DNA of 64,000 bases from the human T2T-CHM13v2.0 reference genome, Homo sapiens. The translations under genes and the position numbers were made by a program. This document shows positions 30,235-45,200 of this stretch, in pieces (the stretch's first letter is position 1; every line of letters starts with the position of its first letter). Under the pieces are notes generated by a model. The model was not told the origin of the DNA and searched no databases. It was given only the letters and a program-made list of their open reading frames with translations. The stretch lies in the NCBI RefSeq assembly GCF_009914755.1, contig NC_060937.1; one strand, 5' to 3'.

Positions 30235-31669
30235 AAAAGTACCCAAACTATACATTATATACTGTACATAAAATATGAAATTACATCAAATATATATTAT
30301 ATTTGGTACATAAAATATGAAAGTACATCAAATATAGATTATATACTGTACATTAAATACCAAAGTACCCCAAATATATATTTTATACTGTACATGGAAT
30401 ATCAAAGTTCACACACTATATATTATATACTGTACATAAAATATCAAAGTACCCAAGGTATATATTTTATACTGTACAAAAAATATCAAAGTACCAAAAG
30501 CATGTATTATATACTGTACATAAAATATGAAAGTACATCAAATATATATTTTATTCCGTACATAAAATATCAAAGTACACCAGATATATATTCTATAGTG
30601 TACATAAAATATCAAAGTACCCAAACTATACATTATATACTGTACATAAAATATAAAATTACATCAAATATATATTATATTAGGTACTTAAAATATGAAA
30701 GTACATCAAATATAGATTATATACTGTACATAAAATATCAAAGTACCCCAAATATATATTATATACTCTACATGAAATATCAAAGTTCACAAACTATATA
30801 TTATATACTGTACATAAAATAAAGTACCCAAGGTACATATTCTATACTGTACAAAAAATATCAAAGTACCCAAAGCATGTATTATATACTGTACATAAAA
30901 TATGAAAGTACATCAAATATATATTTTATTCTGTACATAAAATATCAAAGTACACCAGATATGTATTCTATAGTGTACATAAAATATCAAAGTACCCAAA
31001 CTATACATTATATACTGTACATAAAATATGAAATTACATCAAATATATATTATATTAGGTACATAAAATATGAAAGTACATCAAATTTAGATTATATACT
31101 GTACATAAAATATCAAAGTACACCAAATATATATTATATACTCTACATGAAATATCAAAGTTCACAAACTATATATTATATACTGTACATAAAATATCAA
31201 AATAACCAAGGAATATTTTCTATACTGCACAAAAAATATCAAAGTACCCAAAGCATGTATTATATACTGTATATAAAATATGAAAATACATCAAATATAT
31301 ATTTTATTCTGTACATATAATATCAAAGTACACCAGATATATATTCTATAGTGTACATAAAATAACAAAGTACACAAATTATAAATTATATACTGTACAT
31401 AAAATATGAAATTACATCAAATACATATTTGGTACATAAAATATGAAAGTACATCAAATATAGATTATATACTGTACATAAAATATCAATGTACCCCAAA
31501 TATATATTTTATACTCTACATGAAATATCAAAGTTCACAAACCATATATTATATACTGTACATAAAATATCAAAGTACCCAATGTATATATTCTATACTG
31601 TACAAAAAATATCAAAGTACCCAAAGCATGTATTATATACTGTACATAAAATATGAAAGTACATCAAAT

Positions 31670-34600
31670 ATATATTTTATTCTGTACATAAAATATCAAA
31701 GTACACCAGATATATATTCTATAGTGTACATAAAATATCAAAGTACCCAAACTATTTATTATATACTGTACATAAAATATGAAATTACATGAAATATATA
31801 TTATATTAGGTACATAAAATATGAAAGTACATCAAATATAGATTATATGCTGTACATTAAATACCAAAGTACCCCAAATATATATTTTATACTGTACATG
31901 AAATATCAAAGTTCACAAACTATATATTATATACTGTACATAAAATATCAAAGTACCCAAGGTATATATTCTATACTGTACCAAAAATATCAAAGTACCC
32001 AAAGCACGTATTATATACTGTACATAAAATATGAAAGTACATCAAATATATATTTTATTCTGTACATAAAATATCAAAGTACACCAGATATATATTCTAT
32101 AGTGTACATAAAATATCAAAGTACCCAAACTATACATTATATACTGTACATAAAATATGAAATTACATCAAATCTATATTAGGTACATAAAATATGAAAG
32201 TACATCAAATATAGATTATATACTGTACATAAAATATCAAAGTACCCCAAATATATATTATACACTCTACATGAAATATCAAATTTCACAAACCATACAT
32301 TATATACTGTACATAAAATATCAAAGTACCCAATATATATAGTCTATACTGTACAAAACATATCAAAGTACCCAAAGCATGTATTATATACTGTACATAA
32401 AATATGAAAGTACATCAAATATATATTTGATTCTGTACATAAAATATCAAAGTACACCAGATATATATACTATAGTGTACATAAAATATCATAGTACCCA
32501 AACTATACCTTATATACTGTACATAAAATATGAAATTACATCAAATCTATATTAGGTACATAAAATATGAAAGTACATCAAATATAGATTATATACTGTA
32601 CATTAAATACCAAAGTACCCCAAATATATATTTTATACTGTACATGAAATATCAAAGTTCACAAACTATATATTATATACTGTACATAAAATATCAAAGT
32701 ACCCAAGGTATATATTCTATACTGTACAAAAAATATCAAAGTACCCAAAGCATGTATTATATACTGTACATAAAATATGAAAGTACATCAAATATATATT
32801 TTATTCTGTACATAAAATATCAAAGTACACCAGATATATATTCCATAGTGTACATAAAATATCAAAGTACCCAAGCTATACATTATATACTGTACATAAA
32901 ATATGAAATTACATCAAATATATATTATATTTGGTACATAAAATATGAAAGTACATCAAATATAGATTATATACTGTACATAAAATATCAAAGTACCCCA
33001 AATATATATTATATACTCTACATGAAATATCAAAGTTCACAAACTATATATTATATACTGTACATAAAATATCAAAGTACCCAAGGTATATATTCTATAC
33101 TGCACAAAAAATATCAAAGTACCCAAAGCATGTATTATACACTGTATATAAAATATGAAAGTACATCAAATATATATTTTATTCTGAACATAAAATATCA
33201 AAGTACACCAGATATATATTCTATAGTGTACATAAAATAACAAAGTACACAAACTATAAATTATATACTGCACATAAAATATGAAATTACATCAAATATA
33301 TACTAGGTACATAAAATATGAAAGTACATCAAATATAGATTATATACTGTACATAAAATATAAATGTACCCCAAATATATATTTTATACTCTACATGAAA
33401 TATCAAAGTTCACAAACCATATATTATATACTGTACATAAAATATCAAAGTACCCAAGGTATATATTCTATACTGTACAAAACATATCCAAGTACCCAAA
33501 GCATGTATTATATACTGTACATAAAATATGAAAGTACATCAAATATATATTTTATTCTGTACATAAAATATCAAAGTACACCAGAAATATATTCTATAGT
33601 GTACATAAAATATCAAAGTACCCAAACTATACATTATATACTGTACATAAAATATGAAATTACATCAAATCTATATTAGGTACATAAAATATGAAAGTAC
33701 ATCAAATATAGATTATATACTGTACATAAAATATCAAAGTACCCCAAATATATATTATACACTCTACATGAAATATCAAAGTTCACAAACCATACATTAT
33801 ATACTGTACATAAAATATCAAAGTACCCAATATATATATTCTATACTGTACAAAACATATCAAAGTACCCAAAGCATGTATTATATACTGTACATAAAAT
33901 ATGAAAGTACATCAAATATATATTTTATTCTGTACATAAAATATCAAAGTACACCAGATATATATACTATAGTGTACATAAAATATCATAGTACCCAAAC
34001 TATACATTATATACTGTACATAAAATATGAAATTACATCAAATCTATATTAGGTACATAAAATATGAAAGTGCATCAAATATAGATTATATACTGTACAT
34101 TAAATACCAAAGTACCCCAAATATATATTTTATACTGTACATGAAATATCAAAGTTCACAAACTATATATTATATACTGTACATAAAATATCAAAGTACC
34201 CAAGGTATATATTCTATAGTGTACAAAAAATATCAAAGTACCCAAAGCATGTATTATATACTGTACATAAAATATGAAAGTACATCAAATATATATTTTA
34301 TTCTGTACATAAAATATCAAAGTACACCAGATATATATTCTATAGTGTACATAAAATATCAACGTACCCAAACTATACATTATATACTGTACATAAAATA
34401 TGAAATTACATCAAATATATATTATATTAGGTACATAAAATATGAAAGTACATCAAATATAGATTATATACTGTACATAAAATATCAAAGTACCCCAAAT
34501 ATATATTATATACTCTATATGAAATATCAAAGTTCACAAACTATATATTATATACTGTACATAAAATATCAAAGTACCCAAGGTATATATTCTATACTGC

Positions 34601-37600
34601 ACAAAAAATATCAAAGTACCCAAAGCATGTATTATACACTGTATATAAACTATGAAAGTACATCAAATATATATTTTATTCTGTACATAAAATATCAAAG
34701 TACACCAGATATATATTCTATAGTGTATATAAAATAACAAAGTACACAAACTATAAATTATATACTGTACATAAAATATGAAATTACATCAAATATATAC
34801 TAGGTACATAAAATATGAAAGTACATCAAATATAGATTATATACTGTACATAAAATATCAAAGTACCCCAAATATATATTATATACTCTACATGAAATAT
34901 CAAAGTTCACAAACTATATATTATATACTGTACATAAAATATCAAAGTACCCAAGGTATATATTCTATACTGTACAAAAAATATCAAAGTACCCAAAGCA
35001 TGTATTATATACTGTACATAAAATATGAAACTACATCAAATATATATTTTATTCTGTACATAAAATATCAAAGTACACCAGATATATATTCTATAGTGTA
35101 CATAAAATATCAAATTACCCAAACTATTTATTATATACTGTACATAAAATATGAAATTACATCAAATATATACTTGGTACATAAAATATGAAAGTACATC
35201 AAATATAGATTATATACTGTACATAAAATATCAAAGTACCCCAAATATATATTATATACTCTACATGAAATATCAAAGTTCACAAACTATATATTATATA
35301 CTGTACATAAAATATCAAAGAACCCAAGGTATATATTCTATACTGCACAAAAAATATCAAAGTACCCAAAGCATGTATTATACACTGTATATAAAATATG
35401 AAAGTACATCAAATATATATTTTATTCTGTACATAAAATATCAAAGTACACCAGATATATATTCTATAGTGTACATAAAATAACAAAGTACACAAACTAT
35501 AAATTATATACTGTACATAAAATATGAAATTACATCAAATATATACTAGGTACATAAAATATGAAAGTACATCAAATATAGATTATATACTGTACATAAA
35601 ATATCAATGTACCCCCAATATATATTTTATACTCTACATGAAATATCAAAGTTCACAAACCATATATTATATACTGTACATAAAATATCAAAGTACCCAA
35701 GGTATATATTCTATACTGTACAAAACATATCGAAGTACCCAAAGCATGTATTATATACTGTACCTAAAATATGAAAGTACATCAAATATATATTTTATTC
35801 TGTACATAAAATATCAAAGTACACCAGATATATATACTATAGTGTACATAAAATATCATAGTACCCAAACTATACATTGTATACTGCACATAAAATATGA
35901 AATTACATCAAATATGTTTTATATTAGGTACATAAAATATGAAAGTACATCAAATATAGATTATATACTGTACATTAAATACCAAAGTACCCCAAATATA
36001 TATTTTATACTGTACATGAAATATCAAAGTTCACAAACTATATATTATATACTGTACATATAATATCAAAGTACCCGAGGTATATATTCTATACTGTACA
36101 AAAAATATCAAAGTACCCAAAGCATGTATTATATACTGTACATAAAATATGAAACTACATGAAATATATATTTTATTCTGTACATAAAATATCAAAGTAC
36201 ACCAGATATATATTCTATAGTGTACATAAAATATCAAAGTACCCAAACTATTTATTATATACTGTACATAAAATATGAAATTACATGAAATATATATTAT
36301 ATTAGGTACATAAAATATGAAAGTACATCAAATATAGATTATATGCTGTACATTAAATACCAAAGTACCCCAAATATATATTTTATACTGTACATGAAAT
36401 ATCAAAGTTCACAAACTATATATTATATACTGTACATAAAATATCAAAGTACCCAAGGTATATATTCTATACTGTACCAAAAATATCAAAGTACCCAAAG
36501 CACGTATTATATACTGTACATAAAATATGAAAGTACATCAAATATATATTTTATTCTGTACATAAAATATCAAAGTACACCAGATATATATTCTATAGTG
36601 TACATAAAATATCAAAGTACCCAAACTATACATTATATACTGTACATAAAATATGAAATTACATCAAATCTATATTAGGTACATAAAATATGAAAGTACA
36701 TCAAATATAGATTATATACTGTACATAAAATATCAAAGTACCCCAAATATATATTATATACTCTACATGAAATATCAAAGTTCACAAACCATACATTATA
36801 TACTGTACATAAAATATCAAAGTACCCAATATATATATTCTATACTGTACAAAACATATCAAAGTACCCAAAGCATGAATTATATACTGTACATAAAATA
36901 TGAAAGTACATCAAATATATATTTGATTCTGTACATAAAATATCAAAGTACACCAGATATATATACTATAGTGTACATAAAATATCATAGTACCCAAACT
37001 ATACCTTATATACTGTACATAAAATATGAAATTACATCAAAACTATATTAGGTACATAAAATATGAAAGTACATCAAATATAGATTATATACTGTACATT
37101 AAATACCAAAGTACCCCAAATATATATTTTATACTGTACATGAAATATCAAAGTTCACAAACTATATATTATATACTGTACATAAAATATCAAAGTACCC
37201 AAGGTATATATTCTATACTGTACAAAAAATATCAAAGTACCCAAAGCATGTATTATATACTGTACATAAAATATGAAAGTACATCAAATATATATTTTAT
37301 TCTGTACATAAAATATCAAAGTACACCAGATATATATTCCATAGTGTACATAAAATATCAAAGTACCCAAACTATACATTATATACTGTACATAAAATAT
37401 GAAATTACATCAAATATATATTATATTTGGTACATAAAATATGAAAGTACATCAAATATAGATTATATACTGTACATAAAATATCAACGTACCCCAAATA
37501 TATATTATATACTCTACATGAAATATCAAAGTTCACAAACTATATATTATATACTGTACATAAAATATCAAAGTACCCAAGGTATATATTCTATACTGCA

Positions 37601-39290
37601 CAAAAAATATCAAAGTACCCAAAGCATGTATTATACACTGTATATAAAATATGAAAGTACATCAAATATATATTTTATTCTGTACATAAAATATCAAAGT
37701 ACACCAGATATATATTCTATAGTGTACATAAAATAACAAAGTACACAAACTATAAATTATATACTGTACATAAAATATGAAATTACATCAAATATATACT
37801 ATGTACATAAAATATGAAAGTACATCAAATATAGATTATATACTGTACATAAAATATAAATGTACCCCAAATATATATTTTATACTCTACATGAAATATC
37901 AAAGTTCACAAACCATATATTATATACTGTACATAAAATATCAAAGTACCCAAGGTATATATTCTATATTGTACAAAACATATCCAAGTACCCAAAGCAT
38001 GTATTATATACTGTACATAAAATATGAAAGTACATCAAATATATATTTTATTCTGTACATAAAATATCAAAGTACACCAGAAATATATTCTATAGTGTAC
38101 ATAAAATATCAAAGTACCCAAACTATACATTATATACTGTACATAAAATATGAAATTACATCAAATCTATATTAGGTACATAAAATATGAAAGTACATCA
38201 AATATAGATTATATACTGTACATAAAATATCAAAGTACCCCAAATATATATTATACACTCTACATGAAATATCAAAGTTCACAAACCATACATTATATAC
38301 TGTACATAAAATATCAAAGTACCCAATATATATATTCTATACTGTACAAAACATATCAAAGTACCCAAAGCATGTATTATATACTGTACATAAAATATGA
38401 AAGTACATCAAATATATATTTTATTCTGTACATAAAATATCAAAGTACACCAGATATATATACTATAGTGTACATAAAATATCATAGTACCCAAACTATA
38501 CATTATATACTGTACATAAAATATGAAATTACATCAAATCTATATTAGGTACATAAAATATGAAAGTGCATCAAATATAGATTATATACTGTACATTAAA
38601 TACCAAAGTACCCCAAATATATATTTTATACTGTACATGAAATATCAAAGTTCACAAACTATATATTATATACTGTACATAAAATATCAAAGTACCCAAG
38701 GTATATATTCTATAGTGTACAAAAAATATCAAAGTACCCAAAGCATGTATTATATACTGTACATAAAATATGAAAGTACATCAAATATATATTTTATTCT
38801 GTACATAAAATATCAAAGTACACCAGATATATATTCTATAGTGTACATAAAATATCAACGTACCCAAACTATACATTATATACTGTACATAAAATATGAA
38901 ATTACATCAAATATATATTATATTAGGTACATAAAATATGAAAGTACATCAAATATAGATTATATACTGTACATAAAATATCAAAGTACCCCAAATATAT
39001 ATTATATACTCTACATGAAATATCAAAGTTCACAAACTATATATTATATACTGTACATAAAATATCAAAGTACCCAAGGTATATATTCTATACTGCACAA
39101 AAAATATCAAAGTACCCAAAGCATGTATTATACACTGTATATAAAATATGAAAGTACATCAAATATATATTTTATTCAGTACATAAAATATCAAAGTACA
39201 CCAGATATATATTCTATAGTGTACATAAAATAACAAAGTACACAAACTATAAATTATATACTGTACATAAAATATGAAATTACATCAAAT
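31670..39290 (+). repeat. 4496-bp (12-HOR) offset duplication: ~31670..34795 = ~36166..39290
   Basis: ORF pairs 31847/36343, 32157/36653, 32530/37026, 33281/37777, 33654/38150 and 34027/38523. 4496 = 4x378 + 8x373. Confidence 0.92.
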
Positions 39291-42200
39291 ATATATTAGG
39301 TACATAAAATATGAAAGTACATCAAGTATAGATTATATACTGTACATATAATATCAATGTACCCCAAATATATATTTTATACTCTACATGAAATATCAAA
39401 GTTCACAAACTATATATTATATACTGTACATATAATATCAAAGTACCCAAGGTATATATTCTATACTGTACAAAAAATAACAAAGTACCAAAAGCATGTA
39501 TTATATACTGTACCTAAAATATGAAAGTACATCAAATATATATTTTATTCTGTACATAAATTATCAAAGTACACCAGATATATATTCTATAGTGTACATA
39601 AAATATCAAAGTACCCAAACTATACATTATATACTGTACATAAAATATGAAATTACATCAAATATATATTATATTAGGTACATAAAATATGAAAGTACAT
39701 CAAATATAGATTATATACTGCACATAAAATATCAAAGTACCCCAAATATATATTATATACTCTACATGAAATATCAAACTTCACAAACTATATATTATAT
39801 ACTGTACATAAAATATCAAAGTACCCAAGGTATATATTCTATACTGTACAAAAAATATCAAAGTACCCAAAGCATGTATTATATACTGTATATAAAATAT
39901 GAAAGTACATTAAATATATATTTTATTCTGTACATAAAATATCAAAGTACACCAGATATATATTCTATAGTGTACATAAAATTACAAAGTACACGAACCA
40001 TACACTATATACTGTACATAAAATATGAAATTACATCAAATATATATTAGGTAAATAAAATATGAAAGTACATCAAATATAGATTATATACTGTACATAA
40101 AAGATCAAAGTACCCCAAATATATATTATATACTCTACATGAAATATCAAAGTTCACAAACTATATATTATATATTGTACATAAAATATCAAAGTACCCA
40201 AGGTATATATTCTATACTGTACAAAAAATATCAAAGTACCCAAAGCATGTATTATATACTGTACATAAAATATGAAAGTACATCAAATATATATTTTATT
40301 CTGTACATAAAATATCAAAGTTCACCAGATATATATTCTATAGTGTACATAAAATAACAAAGTACACAAACTATACATTATATACTGTACATAAAATATG
40401 AAATTACATGAAATATATTTTATATTAGGTACATAAAATGTGAAAGTACATCAAATATAGATTATATACTGTACATTAAATACCAAAGTACCCCAAATAT
40501 ATATTTTATACTGTACATGAAATATCAAAGTTCACAAACTATATATTATATACTGTACATATAATATCAAACTACCCGAGGTATATATTCTATACTGTAC
40601 AAAAAATATCAAAGTACCAAAAGCATGTATTATATACTGTACCTAAAATATGAAAGTACATCAAATATATATTTTATTCTGTACATAAAATATCAAAGTA
40701 CACCAGATATATATTCTATAGTGTACATAAAATATAAAAGTACCCAAACTATACATTATATACTGTACATAAAATATGAAATTACATCAAATATATATTA
40801 GGTACATAAAATATGAAAGTACATCAAATATAGATTATATACTGTACATAAAATATCAAAGTACCCCAAATATATATTATATACTCTACATGAAATATCA
40901 AAGTTCACAAACTATATATTATATACTGTACATAAAATATCAAAGTACCCAAGGTATATATTCTATACTGTACAAAAAATATCAAAGTACCCAAAGCATG
41001 TATTATATACTGTACATAAAATATGAAAGTACATCAAATATATATTTTATTCTGTACATAAAATATCAAAGTACACCAGATATATATTCTATAGTGTACA
41101 TAAAATATCAAAGTACCCAAACTATACATTATATACTGTACATAAAATATGAAATTACATCAAATATATATTATATTAGGTACATAAAATATGAAAGTAC
41201 ATCAAATATAGATTATATACTGTTCATAAAATATCAAAGTACCCCAAATATATATTATATACTCTACATGAAATATCAAAGTTCACAAACTATATATTAT
41301 ATACTGTGCCTAAAATATAAAAGTACCCAAGGTATATATTCTATACTGTACAAAAAATATCAAAGTACTCAAAGCATGTATTATATACTGTACATAAAAT
41401 ATGAAAATACATCAAATATATATTTTATTCTGTGCATAAAATATCAAAGTACACCAGATATATATTCTATACTGTACATAAAATAACAAAGTACACAAAC
41501 TATACATTATATACTGTACATAAAATATGAAATTACATCAAATATATATTAGGTACATAAAATATGCAATTACATCAAATATAGATTATATACTGTACAT
41601 AAAATATCAAAGTACCCCAAATATATATTATATACTCTACATGAAATATCAAAGTTCACAAACTATATATTATATACTGTACATAAAATATCAAAGTACC
41701 CAAGGTATATATTCTATACTGTACAAAAAACATCAAAGTACCCAAAGCATGTATTATATACTGTATATAAAATATGAAAGTACATCAAATATATATTTTA
41801 TTCTGCACATAAAATATGAAAATACACCAGATATATATTCTATAGTGTACATAAAATAACAAAGTACACAAACTATACATTATATACTGTACATAAAATA
41901 TGAAATTACATCAAATATATATTAGGTACATAAAATATGAAAGTACATCAAATATAGATTATATACTGTACATATAATATCAATGTACCCCAAATATATA
42001 TTTTATACTCTACATGAAATATCAAAGTTCACAAACTATATACTATATACTGTACATATAATATCAAAGTACCCAAGGTATATATTCTATACTGTACAAA
42101 AAATAACAAAGTACCAAAAGCATGTATTATATACTGTACCTAAAATATGAAAGTACATCAAATATATATTTTATTCTCTACATAAAATATCAAAGTACAC

Positions 42201-45200
42201 CAGATATATATTCTATAGTGTACTTAAAATATCACAGTACCCAAACTATACATTATATACTGTACATAAAATATGAAATTACATAAAATATATATTATAT
42301 TAGGTACATAAAATATGAAATTTCATAAAATATATATTATATTAGGTACATAAAATATGAAAGTACATCAAATATAGATTATATACTGTACATTAAATAC
42401 CAAAGTACCCCAAATATATATTTTATACTGTACATGAAATATCAAAGTTCACAAACTATATATTATATACTGTACATAAAATACCAAAGTACCCAAGGTA
42501 TATATTCTATACTGTACAAAAAATATCAAAGTACCCAAAGCATGTATTATATACTGTACATAAAATATGAAAGTACATCAAATATATATTTTATTCTGTA
42601 CATAAAATATCAAAGTACACCAGATATATATTCTATAGTGTACATAAAATAACAAAGTACACAAACTATACATTATATACTGTACATAAAATATGAAATT
42701 ACATCAAATATATATTAGGTACATAAAATATGAAAGTACATCAAATATAGATTATATACTGTACATAAAATATCAAAGTACCCCAAATATATATTATATA
42801 CTCTACATGAAATATCAAAGTTCACAAACTATATATTATATACTGTACATAAAATATCAAAGTACCCAAGGTATATATTCTATACTGTACAAAAAATATC
42901 AAAGTACCCAAAGCATGTATTATATACTGTATATAAAATATGAAAGTACATCAAATATATATTTTATTCTGCACATAAAATATCAAAATACACCAGATAT
43001 ATATTCTATAGTGTACATAAAATAACAAAGTACACAAACTATACATTATATACTGTACATAAAATATGAAATTACATCAAATATATATTAGGTACATAAA
43101 ATATGAAAGTACATCAAATATAGATTATATACTGTACATATAATATCAACGTACCCCAAATATATATTTTATACTCTACATGAAATATCAAAGTTCACAA
43201 ACCATATATTATATACTGTACATAAAATATCAAAGTACCCAAGGTATATATTCTATACTGTACAAAAAATATCAAAGTACCCAAAGCATGTATTATATAA
43301 TGTACATAAAATATGAAAGTACATCAAATATAGATTATATACTGTACATAAAATATCAAAGTACCCCAAATATATATTATATACTCTACATGAAATATCA
43401 AAGTTCACAAACTACATATTATATACTGTACATAAAATATGAAATTACATCAAATATATTTTATATTAGGTACATAAAATATGAAAGTACATCAAATATA
43501 GATTATATACTTTACATTAAATACCAAAGTACCCCAAATATATATTTTATACTGTACATGAAATATCAAAGTTCACAAACTATATATTATATACTGTAAA
43601 TGTAATATCAAAGTACCCAAGGTATATATTCTATACTGTACAAAAAATAAAAAAGTACCAAAAGCATGTATTATATACTGTACCTAAAATATGAAAGTAC
43701 ATCAAATATATATTTTATTCTGTACATAAAATATCAAAGTACACCAGATATATATTCTATAGTTTACATAAAATATCAAAGTACCCAAACTATACATTAT
43801 ATACTGTACATGAAATATGAAATTACATCAAATATATATTATATTAGGTATATAAAATATGAAAGTACATCAAATATAGATTATATACTGTACATTAAAT
43901 ACCAAAGTACACCAAATGTATATTTTATACTGTACGTGAAATATCAAAGTTCTCAAACTATATATTATATACTGTACATAAAATATCAAAGTACCCAAGA
44001 TATATATTCTATACTGTACAAAAAATATCAAAGTACCCAAAGCATGTATTATATACTGTACATAAAATATGAAAGTACATCAAATATATATTTTATTCTG
44101 TACATAAAATATCAAAGTACACCAGATATATATTACATAGTGTACATAAAATATCAAAGTACCCAAACTATACATTATATACTGTACATAAAATATGAAA
44201 TTACATCAAATATATATTATATTAGGTACTTAAAATATGAAAGTACATCAAATATAGATTATATACTGTACATAAAATATCAAAGTACCCCAAATATATA
44301 TTATATACTCTACATGAAATATCAAAGTTCACAAACTATATATTATATACTGTACATAAAATATCAAAGTACCCAAGGTATATATTCTATACTGCACAAA
44401 AAATATCAAAGTACCCAAAGCATGTATTATACACTGTATATAAAATATGAAAGTACATCAAATATATATTTTATTCAGTACATAAAATATCAAAGTACAC
44501 CAGATATATATTCTATAGTGTACATAAAATAACAAAGTACACAAACTATAAATTATATACTGTACATAAAATATGAAATTACATCAAATATATATTAGGT
44601 ACATAAAATATGAAAGTACATCAAGTATAGATTATATACTGTACATATAATATCAATGTACCCCAAATATATATTTTATACTCTACATGAAATATCAAAG
44701 TTCACAAACTATATATTATATACTGTACATATAATATCAAAGTACCCAAGGTATATATTCTATACTGTACAAAAAATAACAAAGTACCAAAAGCATGTAT
44801 TATATACTGTACCTAAAATATGAAAGTACATCAAATATATATTTTATTCTGTACATAAATTATCAAAGTACACCAGATATATATTCTATAGTGTACATAA
44901 AATATCAAAGTACCCAAACTATACATTATATACTGTACATAAAATATGAAATTACATCAAATATATATTATATTAGGTACATAAAATATGAAAGTACATC
45001 AAATATAGATTATATACTGCACATAAAATATCAAAGTACCCCAAATATATATTATATACTCTACATGAAATATCAAACTTCACAAACTATATATTATATA
45101 CTGTACATAAAATATCAAAGTACCCAAGGTATATATTCTATACTGTACAAAAAATATCAAAGTACCCAAAGCATGTATTATATACTGTATATAAAATATG

